Positions 10,124 to 19,434 of a DNA stretch of 64,000 nt are shown piece after piece. The position numbers and the translations under genes are program-made. The DNA comes from a virus (taxonomy: Duplodnaviria > Heunggongvirae > Uroviricota > Caudoviricetes). The stretch covers positions 125,580 to 189,579 of IMG/VR virus record IMGVR_UViG_3300013426_000013. One strand, 5' to 3'. Each line of letters opens with the position of its first letter. Positions within the stretch are counted from its first letter, which is position 1. A model generated the notes under the pieces. It was not told the DNA's origin. It did no database searches and worked only from the letters and a program-made list of their open reading frames with translations.

Positions 10124-11186
10124 TTTAAGCAGCTTCGGTTTTGATTGTTTATTATTTGAACGTTGCAATCTTCATTGTACTTTTTGTCTTGAAGAACATT
10201 CCGTAAATGATATTGACATTCAATGGATTAGACAACTTCCTTCAATGTTATTAGAAAGATTTGTAAAAGAATATGAAAAACATTCTGAAACAAATCTAAT
10301 CACATTTCGCATTTGGGGAGGTGAATTGTTTTTTGATGCTTTACCTGACAGTCTATTTAAAGAATATAGAATGTTTGTTGAACAAACAAAACGTTTATTT
10401 AATAAAACTTTTCCTAAAATTAAATTGGATTTTGCATGGGTTTCGAACGGTGTCTTTAAAAACATCGAACGAGTTATTAGTTTATTAAAAGAAACAAACA
10501 GTGGAATTAATTTAAGTTACGACCCTATTGGAAGATTTCATAAAAAAGAATTAGAAAATTTAATGATTGAAAATGCTTTACGCTTTAATTCATTGCAATT
10601 ATTGAATGAAATTTCAATCACATTAACTAAACCTTGTATTAATGCATACATAAACGATCAATCTCGACTTTTAGATTTAAAGTTTGCTAAAAAGATTGAT
10701 ATTAATTACTATATACCAAACATTAATTGGAAGGCTTTACTTCCATCTGATGACGATCTTTTTAACTTTTTTAAATGGACAATAGATAATAAACTGTTTC
10801 AAATTATTGATCTAAACAGCTTAATGCTAACACTAACTGGCAAAATGTCTAAATGTGTTAAAGGTTGCAACTGTAATAAACATTTATCAGCATGTAAAAA
10901 TTGTATTACATATAATTGTGTTAAAAGCTCAACAATATTTCCAAATACTGATTTCTATGGTGATACAGTTATTACTGAAGATAATGTCTCTGAAATTAAA
11001 AAGTATAAAGGAATGTGCAAGCGAGGTTGTTTCTATTGTAAATATATAGATAAATGCCCTGGATGTTGCTGGACATCTATTATCTATAAAAATGCTAAAC
11101 TCGACAACTGTCCGTTTAGAAAAATTATAGAATATATTGAACAAAATTCAAATCTAAAAAATGAATTCATATCATGGAAACTTTAA
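10110..11186 (+). CDS. Radical SAM protein 4 (tandem paralog of protein 3)
   Basis: CNLHCTFC, WGGELFFDALPD, CFYCKYIDKCPGCC; shares SNGVF, SYDP.GRF and INYYI.N.NW with protein 3. Confidence 0.92.
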   Translation: MKQNNLSSFGFDCLLFERCNLHCTFCLEEHSVNDIDIQWIRQLPSMLLERFVKEYEKHSETNLITFRIWGGELFFDALPDSLFKEYRMFVEQTKRLFNKTFPKIKLDFAWVSNGVFKNIERVISLLKETNSGINLSYDPIGRFHKKELENLMIENALRFNSLQLLNEISITLTKPCINAYINDQSRLLDLKFAKKIDINYYIPNINWKALLPSDDDLFNFFKWTIDNKLFQIIDLNSLMLTLTGKMSKCVKGCNCNKHLSACKNCITYNCVKSSTIFPNTDFYGDTVITEDNVSEIKKYKGMCKRGCFYCKYIDKCPGCCWTSIIYKNAKLDNCPFRKIIEYIEQNSNLKNEFISWKL

Positions 11187-12073
11187 GAAATTTATCTATA
11201 CAACCATCCTTTAAATGTAATTGGGGTTGTAAATTTTGTTATTTGGGTAATTTAAAAACTGATACAACACTTTTAAACCTCAATGTGTTAAAAGATAAAT
11301 TATCAGAAATTAAACAATATTACAAAATTACCCATGTCCAAGTATTAGGTGGGGAACCAAGCTTGCTTGATTGCTACTATTTGGAAGAGTTGCAAAACTT
11401 GATTAAAGATTATCAAGTTACGTATGTAACTAATTTTTCAAACATTAAATTCGTAAATTTTTGTTTACAACATAATGTGCAAATGACGATATCAGTCAAT
11501 AAAGAAAGACAACACTTTGCAGAAACAATAAAGAATTTAAATTTAATTAAAGGCTTGAAGAATATTCAATTAAGCAGCGTCGTTTTACCCTCACTGTTAA
11601 ATGACAACATTAAAAGCATTTTACAATTCTATAATTCTTTTGGGTTTGATGTTTATTTCTTAAAGTATAACGCTTCAAGAACTAACAAACTTAATTATAA
11701 CATAACAAATGAAAAATACTATAAATTTATTGATGAATTAATTAAACAATATCAGATCGGGCACTATAATTTTAAGATCAAAAATATTGATTTCTTATTG
11801 CAAGACAATATAAATGCCGTCAGTTGTGACTCGTTATTTTTAAACCCTAACGGTAAATTTTCAACAATAACATACGATAATAACAATAAAGAATATTTTG
11901 TTGAATTTGACACTGTTGAACAGTTTAGCAAATTTTGCAAAAGTATTAATGCAAAACAAAAAGATACATGCAAACAATGTTTTTATTATAAACAATGTGG
12001 TTCAAAAAATATTTATAGTTCAGATAAAAATAAATGTATGAATCTTTTTAAAATCAGAAATGAATTACTATGA
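11174..12073 (+). CDS. Radical SAM protein 5
   Basis: CNWGCKFC, GGEPS, CKQCFYYKQC. Confidence 0.92.
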   Translation: METLRNLSIQPSFKCNWGCKFCYLGNLKTDTTLLNLNVLKDKLSEIKQYYKITHVQVLGGEPSLLDCYYLEELQNLIKDYQVTYVTNFSNIKFVNFCLQHNVQMTISVNKERQHFAETIKNLNLIKGLKNIQLSSVVLPSLLNDNIKSILQFYNSFGFDVYFLKYNASRTNKLNYNITNEKYYKFIDELIKQYQIGHYNFKIKNIDFLLQDNINAVSCDSLFLNPNGKFSTITYDNNNKEYFVEFDTVEQFSKFCKSINAKQKDTCKQCFYYKQCGSKNIYSSDKNKCMNLFKIRNELL

Positions 12074-12996
12074 AAAATTTAACATTATCAATAATGCCTT
12101 CATATAAATGCAATTTCAAGTGTCAATATTGTTATTTAGGTAATTTAATACAATCTGACAATCTTTTAAGTTTGGAAAATCTTGAGTCTTCATTACTTGA
12201 ATTAAAGCAATTATATAATATTAAAAATGTTAGTTTGTACGGTGGTGAACTATCACTGCTTGATAACGTTTATTTACAACGTTTGGCGGATTTAATAAAA
12301 CTTCAATTACCTAAATCAAGTATATCTTTAACAAGTAATTTTAGTAATGAAAACATTTTAACTTTTTGTTTACTTAATAATATCAAGCTAAACGTTTCAT
12401 TAAATGAAGAAAGATACCAATACTCAAAAACATTACAACAAATCAAAGAATATACAGGAACAAAGCTTTTTGATCTAACTGTTGTTGTATTACCGTCTAT
12501 TATAAATAGACCAATAAATGAACTATATAAATTTTATAATAAATTAGGGTTTGATGTTTTCTTTATTCAACATCACAATTCAGTCTATAAAAAATCGTGT
12601 TCAATTTCATTAGATCAATTCTCAAGATTTTTATATGATTTCATTTGTTACCATTCAATGCAATCTGACGCTAAATTTAAAATAGAAAATTTAAATGTCT
12701 TAAATGATACAGATTTCGACCCAAACACGGAAGGTTATTTGTTTATAAACCCAAACGGAAAATACTGTACAACCGTTTTTAAAAATAATATAGAACAATA
12801 TGTAACATTTGACAACTTACAACAATGGCAAACATTCTGCGAGAAGAGTTATCAAACGTACATAAAATCTTGTTCAACGTGTAAATACTTTAACAAATGT
12901 AAAGCTGAACACCTTGAAACACTAAACAATAATAATGAATGCTCCGGGTTAAAACGTCTATTGACACTGTTACAAAATCGTTCTATTGTTAAATGA
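12070..12996 (+). CDS. Radical SAM protein 6 (tandem paralog of protein 5)
   Basis: CNFKCQYC, GGELS, CSTCKYFNKC; shares PS.KCN..C..CYLGNL and VVLPS with protein 5. Confidence 0.92.
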   Translation: MKNLTLSIMPSYKCNFKCQYCYLGNLIQSDNLLSLENLESSLLELKQLYNIKNVSLYGGELSLLDNVYLQRLADLIKLQLPKSSISLTSNFSNENILTFCLLNNIKLNVSLNEERYQYSKTLQQIKEYTGTKLFDLTVVVLPSIINRPINELYKFYNKLGFDVFFIQHHNSVYKKSCSISLDQFSRFLYDFICYHSMQSDAKFKIENLNVLNDTDFDPNTEGYLFINPNGKYCTTVFKNNIEQYVTFDNLQQWQTFCEKSYQTYIKSCSTCKYFNKCKAEHLETLNNNNECSGLKRLLTLLQNRSIVK

Positions 12997-13020
12997 CAAG
13001 TCGTACGACGGGTTTAAAAT

Positions 13021-13647
13021 ATGGTAGATTCAAATACAAAGATTCAAAAAATTACAGCAAATTCAATTGTTGGTTTCATTTCACAATTCAATTCAACAGT
13101 TGTTGATCCTGCCTATAATACAGCAACGTATCATTCAGGTAACAAACCTCATTTTTCAAAAACGGCTAACGGGTTAACAACTCCACAATCAGTACCTGAT
13201 AATCAATTGTTAGGTACAAAACGTACGTACCTGTCATCAAACGATACTAGAATAAACGCTGCTTCTTTATGTGCTGCACTATTAAACATTACACAATCTT
13301 TAAGTAAGATTAGAAAATTTCAATCACAATGGTATTTTAATACAAATGGTACACAAGCTTTAGTTGACAGTATGTCTGGAACAGGAATATTAACGTTCCC
13401 TGACATTCCCGCTGGTACAAAAGAAGCGTCATGGACACGTGAAGGAAATACAAATATACAACTGTCACCACAAATGCTTTTTTCTGCGGGTAAGAGAATT
13501 ATGGCTTCTGATGCAAACCAAACAATTGCAAATTGTTTAAATGCTTGGACTTCTCAATGTCGTGATAGCAATGAAATCATATATAAATTCTTTCAATGTT
13601 ATTCAGATTGTCATTCAAATTGTTATGATTCACGAGGAAGAAGATGA
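13021..13647 (+). CDS. Candidate radical-SAM substrate, 208 aa, ending CYSDCHSNCYDSRGRR
   Basis: Ser/Thr/Asn-rich virion-like body with a terminal Cx3Cx3C motif, embedded in the rSAM cluster. Confidence 0.6.
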   Translation: MVDSNTKIQKITANSIVGFISQFNSTVVDPAYNTATYHSGNKPHFSKTANGLTTPQSVPDNQLLGTKRTYLSSNDTRINAASLCAALLNITQSLSKIRKFQSQWYFNTNGTQALVDSMSGTGILTFPDIPAGTKEASWTREGNTNIQLSPQMLFSAGKRIMASDANQTIANCLNAWTSQCRDSNEIIYKFFQCYSDCHSNCYDSRGRR

Positions 13648-14360
13648 TTAAAACTGGTTTGCCTTATGATTTTGAAACTATGCAACAGATAATGCAAGAA
13701 GGCGCGATTGTTGATGTAACTAATATTAATTATCCTTCTATTCCAAATGAAGATAACGTAAAAACAAGTTTGATCTATTTAAGAAACACAAACTTTGACA
13801 ACGTTCATTTGAATTTTCAAAAAGCTGATTATAATTTAAAAGTAGAATTCTTAGATTGCTATTTTTCTGGCGGAAGTTTCCCTTGCAAGATTAATGAATT
13901 GTCTGATACATTATTACATGCAATATTTAAAATTCTAGATATTGACAATGAACTAGAAACAATATTAACCGAACAAGAAGAAGCTTTATATATAAATTCA
14001 CATAAAGAACAATTAAATGAATTGATTCAACTGTCAATATCCTTGCCACTATTTTTAATCAATCGTTTAGATAATATTGATTTTGAAATATCTTTTGATG
14101 ATTTATCAAAATCAAATGATGAAACTTGTAAAGATATCATTAATTTAATTATTGATTCGCCTGAATTTTGCCTGATATACTCTAAAGATTTAGGAATACA
14201 ACCTAAATTTTATGAAAAACTTTTTACATTAGATAACAATGTTTTATTTGAGAATATCTGCAATCATACGCCATTTCAAACTTTAATGTTTGGAATAGCC
14301 GACGAACAAAATTGGAACGCATTTGTAAATTCAATAAAGGAAGTGGTAAATGTTTTATAA
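13644..14360 (+). CDS. Hypothetical accessory protein of the rSAM cluster
   Basis: ATGA overlap with the previous gene; acidic 238 aa. Confidence 0.75.
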   Translation: MIKTGLPYDFETMQQIMQEGAIVDVTNINYPSIPNEDNVKTSLIYLRNTNFDNVHLNFQKADYNLKVEFLDCYFSGGSFPCKINELSDTLLHAIFKILDIDNELETILTEQEEALYINSHKEQLNELIQLSISLPLFLINRLDNIDFEISFDDLSKSNDETCKDIINLIIDSPEFCLIYSKDLGIQPKFYEKLFTLDNNVLFENICNHTPFQTLMFGIADEQNWNAFVNSIKEVVNVL

Positions 14361-15132
14361 TAATATTTATATAAAGACAACTGATGTTTGCCAACAACTT
14401 CCTTTATGTATTAAAAAGACCGCTAAAATTAATCAGAATTTTATTGGTGAAATACATATAGATAATGTCCAATCTATCTATAAAACAACTAACAAAAGTA
14501 TTACTTCAAAAGAAGAAGCTGAAAGAATCATTAATTCTACAAAAGCTATTAAATATTTTCAAGATTTCAATACTTTGCTGCTAAACAATGAATTGGACTT
14601 ATTTTTCGACAATTATTCAGGTGAAGATATTCTAGGGACATATTACTTATATCAAAATTCACAGTTTGAAAATTTTGCGTCATTATTAAATTCTAATTCT
14701 ATTGTTTATTCAACTATAGAAAATGTATATCATAAAAATACACAAGTATTAGATGTAAACATACCTATTGATTTATTTGATAACATTTTGATACAATATG
14801 ATGCACTATCTTATGGTGCTGAAAACAATTTTATTAACGATTACTTTTCACACGACGAAATTGTTAGTATACTAAATGATACTGTTAATAAAGGATTAAA
14901 AACAGCATTACAAATGTTTCTGCAAAACGACGGCAGCTTGTTACCTTCTAATAATAAATGTGAACTACAAGCATTATTGTTAATGATGCTAAAAGTTCCA
15001 TCAATACCTGTTAAATTATCAATCCTTGATAACAGCAGGTACAATAGCACAATAAATAATTTTAGACCGCACAAACAAATTAATAAACAAAAAATTCAAG
15101 AGCTGATACAGCCAAACTTTATTTTGCCATGA
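14350..15132 (+). CDS. Hypothetical accessory protein of the rSAM cluster
   Basis: Overlapping and translationally coupled; 260 aa. Confidence 0.7.
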   Translation: MFYNNIYIKTTDVCQQLPLCIKKTAKINQNFIGEIHIDNVQSIYKTTNKSITSKEEAERIINSTKAIKYFQDFNTLLLNNELDLFFDNYSGEDILGTYYLYQNSQFENFASLLNSNSIVYSTIENVYHKNTQVLDVNIPIDLFDNILIQYDALSYGAENNFINDYFSHDEIVSILNDTVNKGLKTALQMFLQNDGSLLPSNNKCELQALLLMMLKVPSIPVKLSILDNSRYNSTINNFRPHKQINKQKIQELIQPNFILP

Positions 15133-16106
15133 ATGAATTAATCATCTATTTGAAACTTACTAATCGTTGTCAATTACGTTGTCAGCATTGTTATAATGCT
15201 GTTTCAAAATTTAATGACGACTTATCTGTCAATACTTTAAAACAAGCCGTTTCTTTTATCAACAATAAAACTTTGACAAATAATGTAACATTAATACTAC
15301 ACGGTGGCGAACCTTTATATGACGGGATACAAAAATCCCAATTTGTTATTGATAATGTTGATAAAAAAGTTAACCTTTATATAACAACAAATTTAATGTA
15401 CAATATTGATGAAAAAACATTAAATTTCTTCAAACAATTCAAATTAATTTCAACATCGTGGGATTACAAAATTCGCTTCCGAACTAAACAACAATTAAAA
15501 CTTTGGGAAAATAATGTTAGAAAATTAACAGAATCAAACATAAATATTCAACCTATAGTTTCACTCAATAAATATTTAATAAACGAAATAAAATCAGACG
15601 CTTTATTTTCATATTTTAAACAATTTAACATATCAAAATTAAATTTTGAACGAATCACAGAAACTGGAAATGCTGCGAAATTTAATGTTAAAGCAAATAA
15701 TAGTGATATCGACAAATGGCTGTATAATGCATATATAGAAAATATCAACAAATTTAATTTTACAATCCCATTATTTGAAAGTTGTGAAGAAGCTGTTTTT
15801 CATAATAATTTGATAGGATGCAGGAAACGGCAATGCCAAAAGAAAATAATTACAATCAATACAGATGGAACAATTTGCGGGTGTCCTAACAGCTATCAAT
15901 TTACATATGGTGATATTTATGGGAAAACAAATGTTGATGTCTACAACTCTTTAATTACCAAAGAATTAATCAGAAATAACAATTGTTATATTTGTCAATA
16001 CTTTAAATATTGTAACGGAGACTGTTGCCAACTTAATTGGGATGAAACAGGTTGCCCTGGAATGCCGTCAATATTTGAATATTTAATAAATAAAGCCGGG
16101 AATTAA
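15129..16106 (+). CDS. Radical SAM protein 7 with SPASM-like domain
   Basis: CQLRCQHC, LHGGEPL, INTDGTICGCP, CYICQYFKYCNGDCC. Confidence 0.93.
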   Translation: MNELIIYLKLTNRCQLRCQHCYNAVSKFNDDLSVNTLKQAVSFINNKTLTNNVTLILHGGEPLYDGIQKSQFVIDNVDKKVNLYITTNLMYNIDEKTLNFFKQFKLISTSWDYKIRFRTKQQLKLWENNVRKLTESNINIQPIVSLNKYLINEIKSDALFSYFKQFNISKLNFERITETGNAAKFNVKANNSDIDKWLYNAYIENINKFNFTIPLFESCEEAVFHNNLIGCRKRQCQKKIITINTDGTICGCPNSYQFTYGDIYGKTNVDVYNSLITKELIRNNNCYICQYFKYCNGDCCQLNWDETGCPGMPSIFEYLINKAGN

Positions 16107-16122
16107 TCCCGGCCTTTCTTTT
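16092..16122. terminator. Terminator ending the rSAM operon
   Basis: GCCGGGA / TCCCGGC stem followed by CTTTCTTTT. Confidence 0.85.
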
Positions 16123-16360
16123 AGATGTCTTTACGTTCAAAGACTTCATTAATAAAGTCTTTATCATCAAACACTTTTGAAATTTCTACAATCAATGTCA
16201 AAAGCTGATCTTTTCTAAATGAACTGTTGCTAGAATTCTGGATAGCCATTGTTAATGCAGTCATTGCATGTTTTGCACCGTTAATAAATGACTGTTTCTG
16301 AATATGCTCAACACCTTCAGCTAATTCTTCTTTTAGGTTTTTCTTTTCTTTTTTGTTCAT
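16121..16360 (-). CDS. Hypothetical protein
   Basis: 79-aa ORF with AAGG SD. Confidence 0.7.
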   Translation of the reverse strand: MNKKEKKNLKEELAEGVEHIQKQSFINGAKHAMTALTMAIQNSSNSSFRKDQLLTLIVEISKVFDDKDFINEVFERKDI

Positions 16361-16371
16361 AATAACAACCT

Positions 16372-16680
16372 TTACACATCATATATATAAACGTAACCAC
16401 AAGCTTTATAGTCATCTTGTAGATTCCACCAATCATCAATGGTCAACTTCACACCAACATTACGAAAATGTTTGTAAATATCATCAATAATTTCTTTTGG
16501 CATATCTAACTCAACAGGGATCCCTCGTGAATCTACTTTAAACCTATCAATCTTTTTACCTTTCGAATATTTTGACTCTAATTTATCAATCTCACCTTCT
16601 AGAATTGACGGGTTGAATACAGACATCATAGACAAACCAATCATTGAAAAGCAGTCTCCAATAGATTTAAAAATCTTCAT
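16372..16680 (-). CDS. Hypothetical protein
   Basis: Start re-assigned to MKIFKS after AAGGA; promoter TTGACA-17-TATATT at 16712-16740. Confidence 0.7.
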   Translation of the reverse strand: MKIFKSIGDCFSMIGLSMMSVFNPSILEGEIDKLESKYSKGKKIDRFKVDSRGIPVELDMPKEIIDDIYKHFRNVGVKLTIDDWWNLQDDYKACGYVYIYDV

Positions 16681-16747
16681 TTTTCTGTCCTTTAAGTTAA
16701 ACAACAAAAACAATATAGCAAGAATGTACTAATTTGTCAATAAAAAG

Positions 16748-16784
16748 AAACAGTCTAGCAAATTTAATTACTAGACTGTCTTTT
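16748..16784 (-). terminator. Intrinsic terminator downstream of the ncRNA candidate
   Basis: CAGTCTAG / CTAGACTG stem with T-tracts on both strands. Confidence 0.8.
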
Positions 16785-16789
16785 GTATC

Positions 16790-17132
16790 AACAGGCTGTT
16801 AAAGGAATTGCACCTAAACCATGCGTCAACACGGTAGACTACTACAACCATAAATGCAGTAACCTCTATAGTCAATTCGTTTAGCTCACTGATTAATATG
16901 AAAATGCGTTGTTCGACACTTTATCACGTTAACCAAAATCTTCACTGGCATCGACAGAAGTTACTGCATCCTAAATGAAAGGATAGTCGAAAATCAATGA
17001 GCATTTCAATGACAGCCCTACAACGGAAAATTTTTCAAAAACCTTTGCAGGACGTTGTAATCTGAACAATGTGAAGTCATTGTAGCTGAAACAATTTGAT
17101 GACATACAATCAAACTGCAGATTACCTTCAAC
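16790..17132 (-). ncRNA. Structured non-coding RNA, tmRNA-like
   Basis: Own promoter and terminator; no ORF. GGCTGT pairs with ACAGCC; GGTGCAATTCC T-loop-like element; TTCGAC after the 5' stem; 14-bp helix ATGCAGTAACTTCT/AGAGGTTACTGCAT. Confidence 0.5.
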
Positions 17133-17138
17133 AATTAA

Positions 17139-17167
17139 ACAATATCAAAAACAACAATCGTTGTCAA
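17139..17167 (-). promoter_or_regulatory. sigma70-type promoter for the ncRNA candidate
   Basis: TTGACA-17-TATTGT. Confidence 0.65.
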
Positions 17168-17170
17168 TAA

Positions 17171-17725
17171 TTATTTTTTCTTTTTTGTTGTTTTCTTTTT
17201 CGAAGAACGTGCTGTTTTAGCAACAGGTTGTTTTTTAGCAGTTTGTTCAACAGTTGGTTTAACTTCTTCAACAGTTACTACTTCTTTTGCAACTTCAGTG
17301 TTCACAATATCAACAGATTCTTGTTTAAGCTCTTCCGCAATAACATTTTCTGGTTCAACAGACTCTTCTTCAACAACTTCACTGACTTCTACAGTTTTTT
17401 TATGTTCTTCATTTGCCATTTCTGCAAGCTTAACCATTGCTTTCTGATGCTCATCTTCTACAGTAACTTTACGTTCACATTTTTCACAAGTAACGCCTTC
17501 AATATCAATTTTAATTGTCAACTCTTCAGAAATAAACTTATCTAATTCAGCACGAATTTGTGTAGGTGTTTTATTGCACCCATTTGGAATCATGTCTTTT
17601 GTAATTTTACGTAATGTGCGATAAACTGCTTCTTCTGAAAAAACGCCACCAGCTGGAAACAATTTCAACAACACTTCAGCGGCTTCGTCAGATAACAAAC
17701 GTCGATTAATATAAACTTTTTTCAT
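17171..17725 (-). CDS. Hypothetical protein with acidic middle and Lys-rich tail
   Basis: 184-aa ORF with GGAG SD. Confidence 0.75.
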   Translation of the reverse strand: MKKVYINRRLLSDEAAEVLLKLFPAGGVFSEEAVYRTLRKITKDMIPNGCNKTPTQIRAELDKFISEELTIKIDIEGVTCEKCERKVTVEDEHQKAMVKLAEMANEEHKKTVEVSEVVEEESVEPENVIAEELKQESVDIVNTEVAKEVVTVEEVKPTVEQTAKKQPVAKTARSSKKKTTKKKK

Positions 17726-17737
17726 TTAAATTCTCCA

Positions 17738-18367
17738 TTATTTATTTTTCTTGTAAACTTCATTAGCGCCAATGATGCCTTGTGCACGTAAATGTTTTTT
17801 AAAACAACGACGACAGCATGATTCATACTTTACATCATCACTTTCACAACCTGCATTGCCAGCTAAATATTTACCGCCAGATAAACGAATATGATGTGTT
17901 GCACGACGACCACAATCACAAATTCCAATAGTCTCTTCTAGCTCATCAGCAATAGCTAATAAAGTTGCACTTCCTTCGAACAAATCACCTTCAGCTGTTG
18001 TTTTCAGACCATAGCACATTACTGGAATGCCTAAATCATCTACAACATCACTTAAATAATATACATCTTCTTTTTTACAAAATTGTGACTCATCTACAAA
18101 AATAATATCTAAGTCTTCTACAGTGATAAAATTAGGTAAGTCACTAAATTTTCCTGAATCTAAAAACAAACACTCTGGCCCTTCAGGAATCGGTCTTGAA
18201 CATGTTGTCCCCATTTGACCGTGCGTAAAAGCACCATTTCTAGTATCCGTCGTTGGTTTAATAATTAATGTCTTTTTACCCTTTTCTTTATATGAATGGT
18301 TTTTACAAATCAATAAAGAGCTTTTACTGGAACCCATTGTTCCATATATGAAAAAAAGTTTAGCCAC
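17738..18367 (-). CDS. tdk: Thymidine kinase
   Basis: GTMGSSKS P-loop, IFVDESQF, VMCYGL, CDCGRRA...CCRRC zinc site. Confidence 0.93.
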   Translation of the reverse strand: MAKLFFIYGTMGSSKSSLLICKNHSYKEKGKKTLIIKPTTDTRNGAFTHGQMGTTCSRPIPEGPECLFLDSGKFSDLPNFITVEDLDIIFVDESQFCKKEDVYYLSDVVDDLGIPVMCYGLKTTAEGDLFEGSATLLAIADELEETIGICDCGRRATHHIRLSGGKYLAGNAGCESDDVKYESCCRRCFKKHLRAQGIIGANEVYKKNK

Positions 18368-18422
18368 TTTTAGCTTCCTTGTAGCTGTTGTTTAGATAAA
18401 ATCAGAACCATTGAAACAATAG

Positions 18423-19067
18423 TCAATCTTTTAGAATTAAATCTAAAACAGTTTGCTGATATTCTTCCAATGTTCCATTATTATAAATCGTGAAGTCTTC
18501 CAAACACAACCCTGCTAAAGACCTTTCAGACGCATGTACTTGCTTTAACAAATCAGGCAATTCAACATCTTCACCCCTTGCTTTAGCTACATTATACTTT
18601 TGTGCTGCAATATACCATTTAGGTAATTCCCCTCGTTTAATTCTATAAACAACACCATCTAAATCATGAATCATATTTACTTCATTCGGAAAACGTACAT
18701 CAGTAATTAAGTACGTTCCATCATAATCAGAATTCGCTAAACGATGCTTTAAAGCATAAACCCAAAAAGCATTATCAATTGTGTTTCTAAAACATTCTGT
18801 TCCAATTAACTGTAAAGCCAATCGAGGTGTAAATTCTTTTCCTAATACTTCAGACCAAAATTCATCTTTAGTTTCACGGAATTGTCTTGATTCAACGGTA
18901 TCGCCTTGCAATAACTTTCGATCCCACCCAAAAGATGCTGCCACAACATCTTTAACAGCATCCCCAAATGAAATCTTTTTATAACTATTACTTTTCGCAC
19001 ATAAAACATCAGCAGCAGTGTCTTTTCCTGAACCTGCTAATCCTGAAAAACCTATAATTTTAGCCAT
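18423..19067 (-). CDS. Deoxynucleoside monophosphate kinase (T4 gp1-like)
   Basis: IIGFSGLAGSGKDT, SFGDAVK, TPRLALQLIGTE, ITDVRFPNE. Confidence 0.9.
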   Translation of the reverse strand: MAKIIGFSGLAGSGKDTAADVLCAKSNSYKKISFGDAVKDVVAASFGWDRKLLQGDTVESRQFRETKDEFWSEVLGKEFTPRLALQLIGTECFRNTIDNAFWVYALKHRLANSDYDGTYLITDVRFPNEVNMIHDLDGVVYRIKRGELPKWYIAAQKYNVAKARGEDVELPDLLKQVHASERSLAGLCLEDFTIYNNGTLEEYQQTVLDLILKD

Positions 19068-19434
19068 TGTCAGGAACAACCTCTTTTAAAGTTACTCTTG
19101 TACGGTGTGGTGTTTCAATAATGTAATTCTTGAAACGAGGGTCTTTACGAACTTCTTTCATGTCAATTTCTTTTTTCCATAATTTTTCAGAATACGGGAT
19201 TGTATTCATAATTGCTTGACCAGCTTCAGTTAAAGAGTAACCTTTACAATCAGCAATCATTACCGAAATATCACCTAAAATAAATGTTTTCTGTTCAGGT
19301 TCTGCTACGACTTTTAACTCTTCAACTAAAGCATTTTCACATTTTTCTTTATATTCAGTTAATTCCTTAATCTTTTCACGCAACCGTTTTACTGCAATAG
19401 CTTTATCTCTTAAATCCTGTACTGATACAATCAT
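19060..19434 (-). CDS. Hypothetical protein
   Basis: Start re-assigned to MIVSVQ after AAAGGTGG; promoter TTGACA-17-TATTTT at 19466-19494. Confidence 0.7.
   Translation of the reverse strand: MIVSVQDLRDKAIAVKRLREKIKELTEYKEKCENALVEELKVVAEPEQKTFILGDISVMIADCKGYSLTEAGQAIMNTIPYSEKLWKKEIDMKEVRKDPRFKNYIIETPHRTRVTLKEVVPDNG

Noticed and set aside
7275-16106. rSAM cluster as a 7-deazaguanine (QueE) or anaerobic RNR activase module
   Set aside because: No QueC/QueD/FolE/DpdA or NrdD genes nearby, and the C-terminal Cys clusters fit SPASM/Twitch maturases better.
16790-17020. Canonical tRNA gene
   Set aside because: About 230 nt between acceptor strands and no anticodon arm; treated as a tmRNA-like ncRNA instead.
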